Positions 1 to 7,670 of a stretch of 16,906 nucleotides of DNA are shown here, one piece after another. Source of the DNA: an uncultured archaeon. Its GTDB lineage: Archaea; Asgardarchaeota; Lokiarchaeia; Sigyniarchaeales; SOKP01. The translations under genes were made by a program, and so were the position numbers. Where the stretch lies: the NCBI GenBank assembly GCA_964447495.1, contig CAYUTF010000020.1, forward strand, positions 1 through 16,906, written 5' to 3'. Under the pieces are notes generated by a model. It saw nothing but the letters and a program-made list of their open reading frames with translations, did not search any database and was not told the DNA's origin. Numbering within the stretch: the first letter of the stretch is position 1; every line of letters starts with the position of its first letter.

Positions 1-1
1 G

Positions 2-475
2 ATTGAAGAGTTAAAAATCTTTTCCAATATTAAAAGAGAGAAGCATTTTTCAAGACAAAATTATATAATTGGATTTCAGAAAGAGGATTGGATTCGATAT
101 CGAGAAAATTGTAGAATTAAATTAGAAGATGATGTTTCTAGTCATCTCTATCACCAATATGGAAAGGGAGCGATTAAAATTCTTGAATTAATTGAAGAAG
201 ATCATACTCTTAAAGAAAAAATAGTAAATGAGAATTCTTTTATTAAAGCAGAAATAGTATATCTCCTTCAAAATGAATTAACACCCCATTTAATTGATGT
301 ATTTTGTCGAAGAACAGAAATGTCATTATGGATTAACCACAGAAAGGTATCTGAAGCCGCGAAAATTGTAGCAGAAATTATGGCAAAAGAATACTCCTGG
401 AATGATGTAAAGAAAGAAAGTGAGATAGATATTTATCTTGAATATATAAAAAATACCGTTTCATTCTTGGAATAA
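2..475 (+). CDS. glpD: FAD-dependent glycerol-3-phosphate dehydrogenase/oxidase, C-terminal domain (5'-truncated by window edge)
   Basis: My translation of frame +2 is open from base 2 to TAA at 473-475: ...SSHLYHQYGKGAIKIL...FIKAEIVYLLQNELTPHLIDVFCRRTEM...KIVAEIMAKEYSW...SFLE*. The motifs HLxxxYG, AEhxY...E...hxDhhxRRT and hAxhMAxxxxW are characteristic of the GlpD/GlpO C-terminal (DAO_C) domain. Confidence 0.88.
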   Translation: MEELKIFSNIKREKHFSRQNYIIGFQKEDWIRYRENCRIKLEDDVSSHLYHQYGKGAIKILELIEEDHTLKEKIVNENSFIKAEIVYLLQNELTPHLIDVFCRRTEMSLWINHRKVSEAAKIVAEIMAKEYSWNDVKKESEIDIYLEYIKNTVSFLE

Positions 476-614
476 AGCGTAACGTTTAAAATTTCCAAAT
501 TTTTCAATTAAAACAGAATTAAATTCAAAAATTGGACTATAATATATATTAATATTTAATTGACGATATTCATCTTAATAATAAACTAATGTTAAATTTA
601 GGATGTGAAAATTA

Positions 615-1283
615 TTGATATATCAAATAAATTTTACTGATGTTTTTCTGAAACCTCTTGCGGAATTTGCTGGATTCTTCACCCTAATCTTAGGTGTTAT
701 GTGGTTAGTATATGCTTGGTACGAAACTAAGAGAAGAGGTTCATTTAAAGAGAGAAAAGTAGAAGATTGGAATTTTGATATCACAAAATTCTTGAAATTT
801 TTAACATATCTAGGAATTGTCGTTGGGATTTTAAGTTTAATAAGTGGTGTCGGTGGACTTATCCTGGATCAGCCTCCTAGTTTAGCTTTTGCTAATCATA
901 CTCTACACAAGAGTTTATTTACGTCTGCCTTTCTGATCATCGTAGGAATATTAACCCTTTTGAAACCTTTAAACGATCTTCCCATTTCTAGTGTCTTAGG
1001 CATTTTATTAGCATCTATAGTTGTTGTTGTGGTCGCAGTTTCTATACCTGAAGAAGTAGTAGAAGTGATTGCCGTGTTTATCAATCCAAAGTTATTACTT
1101 ATAATCTTATTTATTGTTGTTTTTGCTATAGTCGCTCTTACGGTTAAATTTTATATCGGAGCATTAATGGCAATTTCAAAAGCGATTTCATGGCCTCCTT
1201 TAGCTTTCATTTTAGGCGCGTTCTGTTTGCTTCAAGGCTTCTTGCTTTTAGTAATAGGGATTTCAATAACTGGAATATTTTAA
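615..1283 (+). CDS. Uncharacterised polytopic membrane protein (~6 TM, 222 aa)
   Basis: About six long hydrophobic segments, a basic loop after TM1 (KRRGSFKERK), a TTG start preceded by SD-like AGGATGTGA, and a T-rich tract after the stop. No family recognised. Confidence 0.8.
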   Translation: MIYQINFTDVFLKPLAEFAGFFTLILGVMWLVYAWYETKRRGSFKERKVEDWNFDITKFLKFLTYLGIVVGILSLISGVGGLILDQPPSLAFANHTLHKSLFTSAFLIIVGILTLLKPLNDLPISSVLGILLASIVVVVVAVSIPEEVVEVIAVFINPKLLLIILFIVVFAIVALTVKFYIGALMAISKAISWPPLAFILGAFCLLQGFLLLVIGISITGIF

Positions 1284-1313
1284 TTTTTTTTCTCTTATTT
1301 TTCATTTATTTTT
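1284..1313 (+). terminator. Oligo-T tract, probable archaeal terminator of the membrane-protein gene
   Basis: TTTTTTTTCTCTTATTTTTCATTTATTTTT directly follows the stop codon, in the 37-nt gap between convergent genes. Confidence 0.5.
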
Positions 1314-1320
1314 AAGTTGT

Positions 1321-2436
1321 TTAAGAAAAATACCGAAAGCGGTTGTTACTATTTTTAGTAATATCTCCAATGATGTCTTTACTTAAATCATATCCGCAGT
1401 TATTACACGTTTTGGAGTCTGTTATATTGATTTTTGTAAATCTATAGCCACTTCTACCTATAAGTAGGTTATTGCAATTAGGGCAATAAGTATTTCCTCC
1501 CTTTTGGTGGTGGATGTTTCCAATATATACATAAAATAGCCCTACTTTTTTCGCAATATTATAAGCATTATCTAAGGTTTCATATGGAGTTTGTTTATCT
1601 GAGGGCATTTGAAAATCGGGATGATAAGCAGAAAAATGCAGAGGAGTGTTTTCTCCTAAATTAACTTTGACCCAAGTTGCTAATGATTTAAGATCATCAT
1701 TACTATCATTTAAATCAGGGATAATTAAGTTCGTTATTTCAACATGAATACCTCCAGCTTTAAATCTTTTTGCTGTATCTAATACGGGCTGTACTGATTT
1801 TACTCCACATATGGTTTTGTAAAAACTATCTGACATAGCTTTGATATCAATATTAGCCGCATCGACACCCACTTCAATTAATTCCTTACTCGCTGAAGGT
1901 GTAGAATAACCATTCGTCACCAAGATGGTTTTTATTCCCTCCTTTTTTAAAAGAGGTACTGTATCTAAGATGTATTCATGCCATATTAGCGGCTCATTAT
2001 ATGTATAAGCCAGAGTTTTTGCTCCACTCTCTATAACGTTTTCAACTAGTTCTTCCGGGCTCATTTCTATTAAGGACATTCTACGATTTTCCAACCCTTC
2101 AAGTTTATAAAAACCATTCTTTCCATTATCGCTTGGATTAGCTTGACTTATAGACCAATTTTGACAATTCTTACAACGAAAGGAACACCCTATTGATGCA
2201 ATTGAATAAGCAACTGCCCCAGGCCAAAAATTATATAAAGGTTTTTTTTCTATTGGATCCAAACTTCCACTTGAAATTAAAGAACCATAAATAAGAGTAT
2301 AGAATTCACCATCAAAATTTTTTCGTGTTCTACATATACCCAAATTTCCGGAGTTGACAATGCATTCATTTGCACATACATTGCATTTTACTTTTTTATT
2401 TTCAAGTTTTTCCCATAAACGAGCTTCTTTCTTCAT
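1321..2436 (-). CDS. amrS: AmmeMemoRadiSam system radical SAM enzyme (PflA-like activating enzyme family)
   Basis: N-terminal CNVCANEC...GICRTRKN, DPIEKKPLYNF, radical SAM motif GCSFRCKNCQNWSISQ, YTYNEP, LVTNGY, NIDIK, HVEIT, PLHFS, YVYIGN and C-terminal CPNC/CNNC. Start moved from TTG 2454 to ATG 2436 (MKKEARLW), which follows SD-like GAGGGT. Confidence 0.93.
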   Translation of the reverse strand: MKKEARLWEKLENKKVKCNVCANECIVNSGNLGICRTRKNFDGEFYTLIYGSLISSGSLDPIEKKPLYNFWPGAVAYSIASIGCSFRCKNCQNWSISQANPSDNGKNGFYKLEGLENRRMSLIEMSPEELVENVIESGAKTLAYTYNEPLIWHEYILDTVPLLKKEGIKTILVTNGYSTPSASKELIEVGVDAANIDIKAMSDSFYKTICGVKSVQPVLDTAKRFKAGGIHVEITNLIIPDLNDSNDDLKSLATWVKVNLGENTPLHFSAYHPDFQMPSDKQTPYETLDNAYNIAKKVGLFYVYIGNIHHQKGGNTYCPNCNNLLIGRSGYRFTKINITDSKTCNNCGYDLSKDIIGDITKNSNNRFRYFS

Positions 2437-2568
2437 TTCTATTATTACCCTCAATTATAATTTTCAAATATGATTACAAATAAATAATAAGTAAGCATTT
2501 TTATAATTTTTACACCCATCTTAATAATTATTCTATCAGTTGGTGAGAGTTCTCTATAAAATTCCCCT

Positions 2569-2576
2569 GAGGTGAT
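2569..2576 (+). promoter_or_regulatory. Consensus-like archaeal Shine-Dalgarno GAGGTGAT upstream of the first TPR gene
   Basis: GAGGTGAT at 2569-2576 lies 8 nt before an in-frame ATT (2585) but 32 nt before the called TTG (2609). Confidence 0.45.
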
Positions 2577-2608
2577 TTTTCCTTATTCATATTCAAAAAG
2601 ATGTTGAG

Positions 2609-3499
2609 TTGACAAAAGAAGAAATTAGGAGTTTAATCAAAGAAACTAAGCTAAAATTAAAAAGCTTAGAAGAAGAAGGAAAAAATTTGGATTATTTTCA
2701 AGAATTAAGTTCACTAGCACTTTTGCAGATTGAAACTAATGAGTTTTCAGATGCAGAAGAGAATTTAAAGATGTGCTTGAAATATTTTACTATTCAAAAA
2801 GATAATCTTGGAAAAGCCGCTATTTATGGTATTTTAGGTACGTTAAAATTTAAATCAGGGTTTTATAAAGAATCAATCAAAAATTATAATAAAGCTTATG
2901 AAACATATAAAGAACTAAATCAATATAATGAAGAAATTACATGTTTAATTGGTATAGGTAATGCTTTTTTAAAGTTGAACCAATTAGATGAGGCGTGTGA
3001 TATCTTTTTAGAATGTAGTGCCAAATGTTCTGATAATAATGACATCTATAATTTATTAGATTGTTTAGGAAGCCTAATTCTTATTCATGAAAAACAAGAG
3101 AAGTGGGATGTTGTTAAAGAATTATACAAGAAATCTTTGGAAGCATTTCAAAAGTTAAAAGATTACAAGGGTATCATTATTTCTAATTTCAATTTAGGTA
3201 TCTTAGAGAAAAAGGAAAATAATCTAAAAAGAGCATTATATTATTTTGAAGAAGGAACTAACCGAGCAAAAGAGTCCAATTATGTTGAATTTATAATTAA
3301 GGGTTTAAGTTATACTGGAGAGATTATGTTTTATCTTGGAAATATAAAATCTGCCAAAGATATATATGTAGAAGCTTTATACATTGCTAAAAATGTAAAC
3401 GCAAAAAATGCAATACTTCAAATTAAGATTGTATTAAATTCTTTTGGGTTAAATGAAGAACAAATTGAAAAAGAGCTCAGCAAGCTTGATAATACATAA
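2609..3499 (+). CDS. Tetratricopeptide repeat protein (about six 40-aa MalT/TPR_12-type repeats); the start may be upstream at 2585
   Basis: Repeated helical hairpins at 40-aa spacing: AAIYGILGTL..ESIKNYNKA, TCLIGIGNAF..EACDIF, DCLGSLILI..YKKSL, SNFNLGIL..ALYYFEEG, SYTGEIMFYLG..AKDIYVEAL. Confidence 0.88.
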   Translation: MTKEEIRSLIKETKLKLKSLEEEGKNLDYFQELSSLALLQIETNEFSDAEENLKMCLKYFTIQKDNLGKAAIYGILGTLKFKSGFYKESIKNYNKAYETYKELNQYNEEITCLIGIGNAFLKLNQLDEACDIFLECSAKCSDNNDIYNLLDCLGSLILIHEKQEKWDVVKELYKKSLEAFQKLKDYKGIIISNFNLGILEKKENNLKRALYYFEEGTNRAKESNYVEFIIKGLSYTGEIMFYLGNIKSAKDIYVEALYIAKNVNAKNAILQIKIVLNSFGLNEEQIEKELSKLDNT

Positions 3500-3620
3500 A
3501 TATTTTTCTAATTTTTAAAAAATAGTCAATATTTTATTTATATCAAAAAATTATTTATGAGTTAATTTTCATATTTATTAAAATGAATTTTAATAAAAAA
3601 TTATTAAATTCCTGTAATTT

Positions 3621-5054
3621 ATGAAGCTTTGTCCCTATTGTGAAAGAAAAATTGAGGATAATTGGTTATATTGCCATTATTGCAATAAACCTTTAATTTC
3701 AAATGTAGATATCGGATTAAGTAAAAGTATTCAACCCTCTTTTGAAAAAGATTCAGCATATTATTCGGATTTACCAGAAGAAGAATATTTCGAGTCAAAT
3801 CTAAATGAGGATGAGGAAATTAAAGAAAAACTAATTCAAATCGATAACTTTTTAAAAGAAAAAGAATCATTAGGAGAACCTGTAGGAGAATTATTGTTAA
3901 ATAAAGCAAGTTTATACTATAAACAGAGGGATTTAGAAAAATCTCTAAAAATTTTAGAAATCGCTTTAAGCAATTTTAAAGCAAATAAGAATATTATAAA
4001 AATAGCTATATGTCATAATGAAATTGGTTTAATTCAAGAAGAGACTGGTTTTTTTGAACAAGCCATTTATCATTTTGAAAGTGCTCTAAATATATTAAAC
4101 GAAAGAGAAAAATATCATAAGATAATTCAAGTTTTAAATAATTTAGGAAACGTCTATCTTCAAATAAAAGATATAGACCAGTCATATGAATTTTATCAAA
4201 AAGCACTACATTTAGCAGAAAAGGAAAATTTTGAATTTGAGGCGATAAAATCGTCAAGTAATTTAGTTGAAACTTTGTTTTATTTAAAAGATTATGACCG
4301 GATAAAAAAAATCTTACTGAGTAATTCTAATTATTTTGAACAAAATCATGATATTTATGGGATGATTCAAACTTTAATCAAATATGGAAAATTATATTAT
4401 TTTTTAGGAGAGGAAAACTATGAATTGTCTTATCAACAGCTACATCAAGCTCTTACCCTCATAGAAAAAGTTAAAGATCAAATCACTATATATATTAAAG
4501 CACATTTAGAGTGGGAATGCTACTTATATCTGGGAATAGTTTCTATCACATGGGATAATGATATTGAAGCTGAAAATTTACTTTTAAAAAGTTTAGAAGC
4601 TATACGAACATTTGAGATTCATGAAAATATTAAAGAAGGCTTGGTATTAGAAAATCTTGCAAAATTATATTCCCTCAAAGGAGAAGATAAAAAAGCTATT
4701 GATTATTTTAAAATTGCATTAGAAATCTATGAGAAATTTGGAGATAAATTAAAAATTGCTGAATTGAAATATAAAATAGGTAAAATATTTCATGATTTTA
4801 TTCAAGATAGAGTGAAATCTGTGCAATACTTTGAAGAAGCACTAGAAATATTTGAAAATTTAAATTCCATGAAGGAAGCAGCAGAAATATTAACTTTATT
4901 AGGTGAAATATATAAAAATAATAAAAAACTAGAACTTGCAGTTTCTTGTTATAGCCGAGCTAAAGATTATTATATGGCGCTTCAAGATAATTATAACACT
5001 TCAATTTTAAGGGAAAAAATAAAAAATGTAGCTCTAAATGATAATTCAATATAA
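3621..5054 (+). CDS. Zinc-ribbon + TPR protein (477 aa)
   Basis: N-terminal CPYC-x10-CHYC zinc ribbon, then an acidic linker (DLPEEEYFESNLNEDEE), then about nine ~40-aa TPRs (CHNEIGLI..AIYHFESAL, LNNLGNVY..YQKAL, LENLAKLY..AIDYFKIAL). Confidence 0.9.
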   Translation: MKLCPYCERKIEDNWLYCHYCNKPLISNVDIGLSKSIQPSFEKDSAYYSDLPEEEYFESNLNEDEEIKEKLIQIDNFLKEKESLGEPVGELLLNKASLYYKQRDLEKSLKILEIALSNFKANKNIIKIAICHNEIGLIQEETGFFEQAIYHFESALNILNEREKYHKIIQVLNNLGNVYLQIKDIDQSYEFYQKALHLAEKENFEFEAIKSSSNLVETLFYLKDYDRIKKILLSNSNYFEQNHDIYGMIQTLIKYGKLYYFLGEENYELSYQQLHQALTLIEKVKDQITIYIKAHLEWECYLYLGIVSITWDNDIEAENLLLKSLEAIRTFEIHENIKEGLVLENLAKLYSLKGEDKKAIDYFKIALEIYEKFGDKLKIAELKYKIGKIFHDFIQDRVKSVQYFEEALEIFENLNSMKEAAEILTLLGEIYKNNKKLELAVSCYSRAKDYYMALQDNYNTSILREKIKNVALNDNSI

Positions 5055-5062
5055 AATATAGA

Positions 5063-6223
5063 TTATATAATATCCTCTGGTTCTATTACTGTCCCTTTTC
5101 TAATTATCCATTCAAGTGTCATTTTGTTATTTCCATATTTATTCCATACATATACTATATATCCTAATAGACTGATAAAAAAAAATGTTATTGGTACGAA
5201 CAAAACAATATTCACTTGAATAAGAAAAATTGGCAAAAATATATATTGCATAAAGAGTAGAGTTAATGAATATTTACCATATAACACTAGTGCATTGATT
5301 ATTTTATTTTTTTTCATCATTACTTCATTGAAATACAGAATGATTCCTAAAATGATGATAACTAACCCTATAGAAAATAATAAGTATGCAGGTGTCCCTT
5401 TTAACAAAAACTTCGGCATATATGGGATAAATTTGAAGCTGAAATTTCGTAAAATCGGTAAATTATCAATGAAAGGGTATTTCAAAGGATTATACCCTTC
5501 TAGAGTGATGAGCGGATAAAGATCAATAAATGTTAAGCCTAATCCTACTAAAATAAAAGTAACTCCATAACGCATTATTGATTTAATGCTATTCTTATTA
5601 GCTTTTTTATTTTCTAAAAGTTTTGCTTGATAAATTAATTCACTAAATATAGAACTAAAAAAACATATTGAAGCATAGGGTAATAATGAAAAACTTGGAT
5701 CAGGGGATACAAAAATAAAATATAATACCTCTGAAATAAGATTAGCATCTTTACTAAAATATAATATTTCTCTTAGAATTTCCGTTAAAAATAAAATTGA
5801 TAGACCTAGTGCTAATCGAGCCCATCTGACTAACTTAAAAGAAAAATATATGATGATTTGAGCAAATCCAAGATAAGTTATTATATTCCACCCCCAAAAC
5901 TCAATAGTTAATCCATTGAACAAATTGATGATTAAATTATAAGTTAACCCCAATAGAATAAAAGCTAAACCATTTTTTAGTACGTAATTTCTGTTTTTTC
6001 TCTCGGGGGGGCTTCCCATCATTTTTTCAAGAATAAAGATCGTATCAAACGAATATAAGAAAATAAATAAGGTAGCACCTAAAATTTCACAGAAAATTAC
6101 AATGTAACCGATGACGTATTTTAAATTTTCTTCAATAATTAACCAATAATTGATTGAATTTGCAAAAATAACAAAAATTATTGAAACTCCTTTTGCTATA
6201 TCAATACTTTTTATTTTATTCAT
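5063..6223 (-). CDS. DUF1624 / heparan-alpha-glucosaminide N-acetyltransferase-like membrane acyltransferase, divergent (~10 TM)
   Basis: KIKSIDIAKGVSIIFVIFAN matches the RhxSIDxxRGhAhxxMhxx[HN] start of this family. ATLFIFL, WNIITYLG, FSLLPY, YGKYSL and TLEW match later family motifs. Start moved to ATG 6223 (MNKIKSID), which removes the overlap with the upstream GNAT. Confidence 0.72.
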   Translation of the reverse strand: MNKIKSIDIAKGVSIIFVIFANSINYWLIIEENLKYVIGYIVIFCEILGATLFIFLYSFDTIFILEKMMGSPPERKNRNYVLKNGLAFILLGLTYNLIINLFNGLTIEFWGWNIITYLGFAQIIIYFSFKLVRWARLALGLSILFLTEILREILYFSKDANLISEVLYFIFVSPDPSFSLLPYASICFFSSIFSELIYQAKLLENKKANKNSIKSIMRYGVTFILVGLGLTFIDLYPLITLEGYNPLKYPFIDNLPILRNFSFKFIPYMPKFLLKGTPAYLLFSIGLVIIILGIILYFNEVMMKKNKIINALVLYGKYSLTLLFMQYIFLPIFLIQVNIVLFVPITFFFISLLGYIVYVWNKYGNNKMTLEWIIRKGTVIEPEDII

Positions 6224-6248
6224 GATTTTAAATATTAAAATGTAAGAA

Positions 6249-6899
6249 TTAGTTATCATCAACCATAAAATCTTCACGTCTATAGGTTTTTACTCCAAAT
6301 TCTTCAAACCCTAATGATTTTATAAAGTTATATGAGACTAAATTATCCTTATATACTTCACACCTAAGCTCTTCTACTCCTAGCGTTTTAAAATGATTCC
6401 ATACTGCCATGCCAATAACAGTCCCCAATCCCTTACGTTGAAACCTTGGTACTACACCTAAACCCGCTATAACTCCAAATTCTCTATTTTTCCCTTCTAA
6501 ATCTAAAATTGCAAACCCCGAATCAGTCCCATATACTTTAGCGATTAGTATCGTAGTTTCTGGATATTCAAACACTTTTCGTATGGTTTCAGTCGTTATA
6601 GGTGAAAAAGGAGTTGATGAGGTCATCCAACTGCGATTATGCAAGTAAGCAACACTTTCTAAATCTTTTTCGGTTGCCTCTCGTATTTTAGCATGTAAAA
6701 TGTTTCGATCCACCTTTTCTTTCATTTTAGCTTCAAATTCAGGAGTGATTTTGACTACAGGTAATCGCATCTGGATATATGCCATGCCCTCTGAAGATAT
6801 TATATCTTCAACTTCTTCTTGAGATTTTTTACCCGTTTCAATTGTAACAAAATAATTTCTTAATCTTCTCTTTTTAAGTTGTAATCTTGAATCCGACAT
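6249..6899 (-). CDS. GNAT family N-acetyltransferase (paralog 2)
   Basis: IREATEKDL first strand/helix, acetyl-CoA motif A LGVVPRFQRKGLG, and motif B CEVYKDNLVSYNFIKSLGF. Confidence 0.92.
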   Translation of the reverse strand: MSDSRLQLKKRRLRNYFVTIETGKKSQEEVEDIISSEGMAYIQMRLPVVKITPEFEAKMKEKVDRNILHAKIREATEKDLESVAYLHNRSWMTSSTPFSPITTETIRKVFEYPETTILIAKVYGTDSGFAILDLEGKNREFGVIAGLGVVPRFQRKGLGTVIGMAVWNHFKTLGVEELRCEVYKDNLVSYNFIKSLGFEEFGVKTYRREDFMVDDN

Positions 6900-6968
6900 C
6901 TGCTATTATAATCTTAAGTACTAATAATTAGAATAAATAAAGGATTCAAATATAAAAAAGGTTATACT

Positions 6969-7643
6969 TTAATTATCTTCGAGCTCAAAATCTTCTTTAC
7001 GATACACTTTTTGTCCAAATTCTTCAAAATTCAGTCCTTGTATAAAATTAAAGGAGACATTATTATTTTTATAAACTTCACATCTAAGTTCTTGAACACC
7101 TTTCTTTTTGAAGTAATTCCACGCAGCTAAGCCTATCACCGTTCCCAAGCCTTTTCGCTGAAATTTTGGAATTACTCCTAATCCCGCAATGACTCCAAAC
7201 TCTTTGTTTTTACCCTCTAAATCTAAGATGACAAATGCGCCATCTATTCCATATACTCTTGCGATAAGAAAAACGGTATTAGGATCAATTAATATTTTCT
7301 TTAGGGTTTCTTTTTCCATAGGTCGAAAGGGAGTATTTGAAGTCAACCAAGATTTATTATAAATATCAACAACGATTTGCAGTTCTTTTTCCGTGGCTTC
7401 TCGTATATTCGCATGGTAAATATTTTTTTCAATTTTTTCTTGCATTAAATTTTCAAATTCGGGAGTAATTCTTTCTACTGGCAATCTCATTTGGATGTAA
7501 ACCATTCCCTCTTGAAGGAGTTTTTCCTCACTTTCACTTATAGTTCCATGCTTCTTTTCTTTTTCAATTTGTAAAAAAATATTTCTTAGTAATCGCTTTT
7601 TCAATTGAATTTTTTTACTGAAATCAATCTTCTTTTTTGTCAT
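6969..7643 (-). CDS. GNAT family N-acetyltransferase (paralog 1)
   Basis: IREATEKEL, motif A LGVIPKFQRKGLG, and motif B CEVYKNNNVSFNFIQGLNF. Colinear with the neighbouring GNAT over nearly its whole length. Confidence 0.92.
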   Translation of the reverse strand: MTKKKIDFSKKIQLKKRLLRNIFLQIEKEKKHGTISESEEKLLQEGMVYIQMRLPVERITPEFENLMQEKIEKNIYHANIREATEKELQIVVDIYNKSWLTSNTPFRPMEKETLKKILIDPNTVFLIARVYGIDGAFVILDLEGKNKEFGVIAGLGVIPKFQRKGLGTVIGLAAWNYFKKKGVQELRCEVYKNNNVSFNFIQGLNFEEFGQKVYRKEDFELEDN

Positions 7644-7670
7644 TTTATAATAATATAGAAATAGATCTTA

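Noticed and set aside
896-1084. 62-aa minus-strand ORF
   Set aside because: Antisense shadow of the membrane protein; its Thr run mirrors the Val codons on the other strand.
571-2528. Exact 12-mer CATCTTAATAAT at 571-582 and 2517-2528, both intergenic
   Set aside because: Non-palindromic and AT-rich. A few such 12-mer matches are expected by chance in this much AT-rich intergenic DNA, and there are only two copies.
2540-2608. Possible C/D-box sRNA or fluoride riboswitch in the amrS-TPR intergenic region
   Set aside because: CTGA is present but there is no RTGATGA C box or terminal D box, and the riboswitch core and pseudoknot could not be built. An Infernal/Rfam scan would settle it.
2540-2611. 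In-frame upstream mini-ORF (MVRVLYKIPLR-TGA) as possible selenocysteine read-through into the TPR gene
   Set aside because: No redox motif around the TGA and no SECIS-like hairpin recognised after the gene. The TGA is explained as part of the SD GAGGTGAT.
4006-4257. 83-aa minus-strand ORF
   Set aside because: Entirely antisense to the well-supported TPR gene, with no motif.
5295-5519. 74-aa plus-strand ORF
   Set aside because: Antisense shadow of the membrane acyltransferase gene.
6224-6277. N-terminal extension of the 404-aa ORF overlapping the GNAT stop
   Set aside because: The family motif starts right after ATG 6223; the longer call is a longest-ORF artefact.
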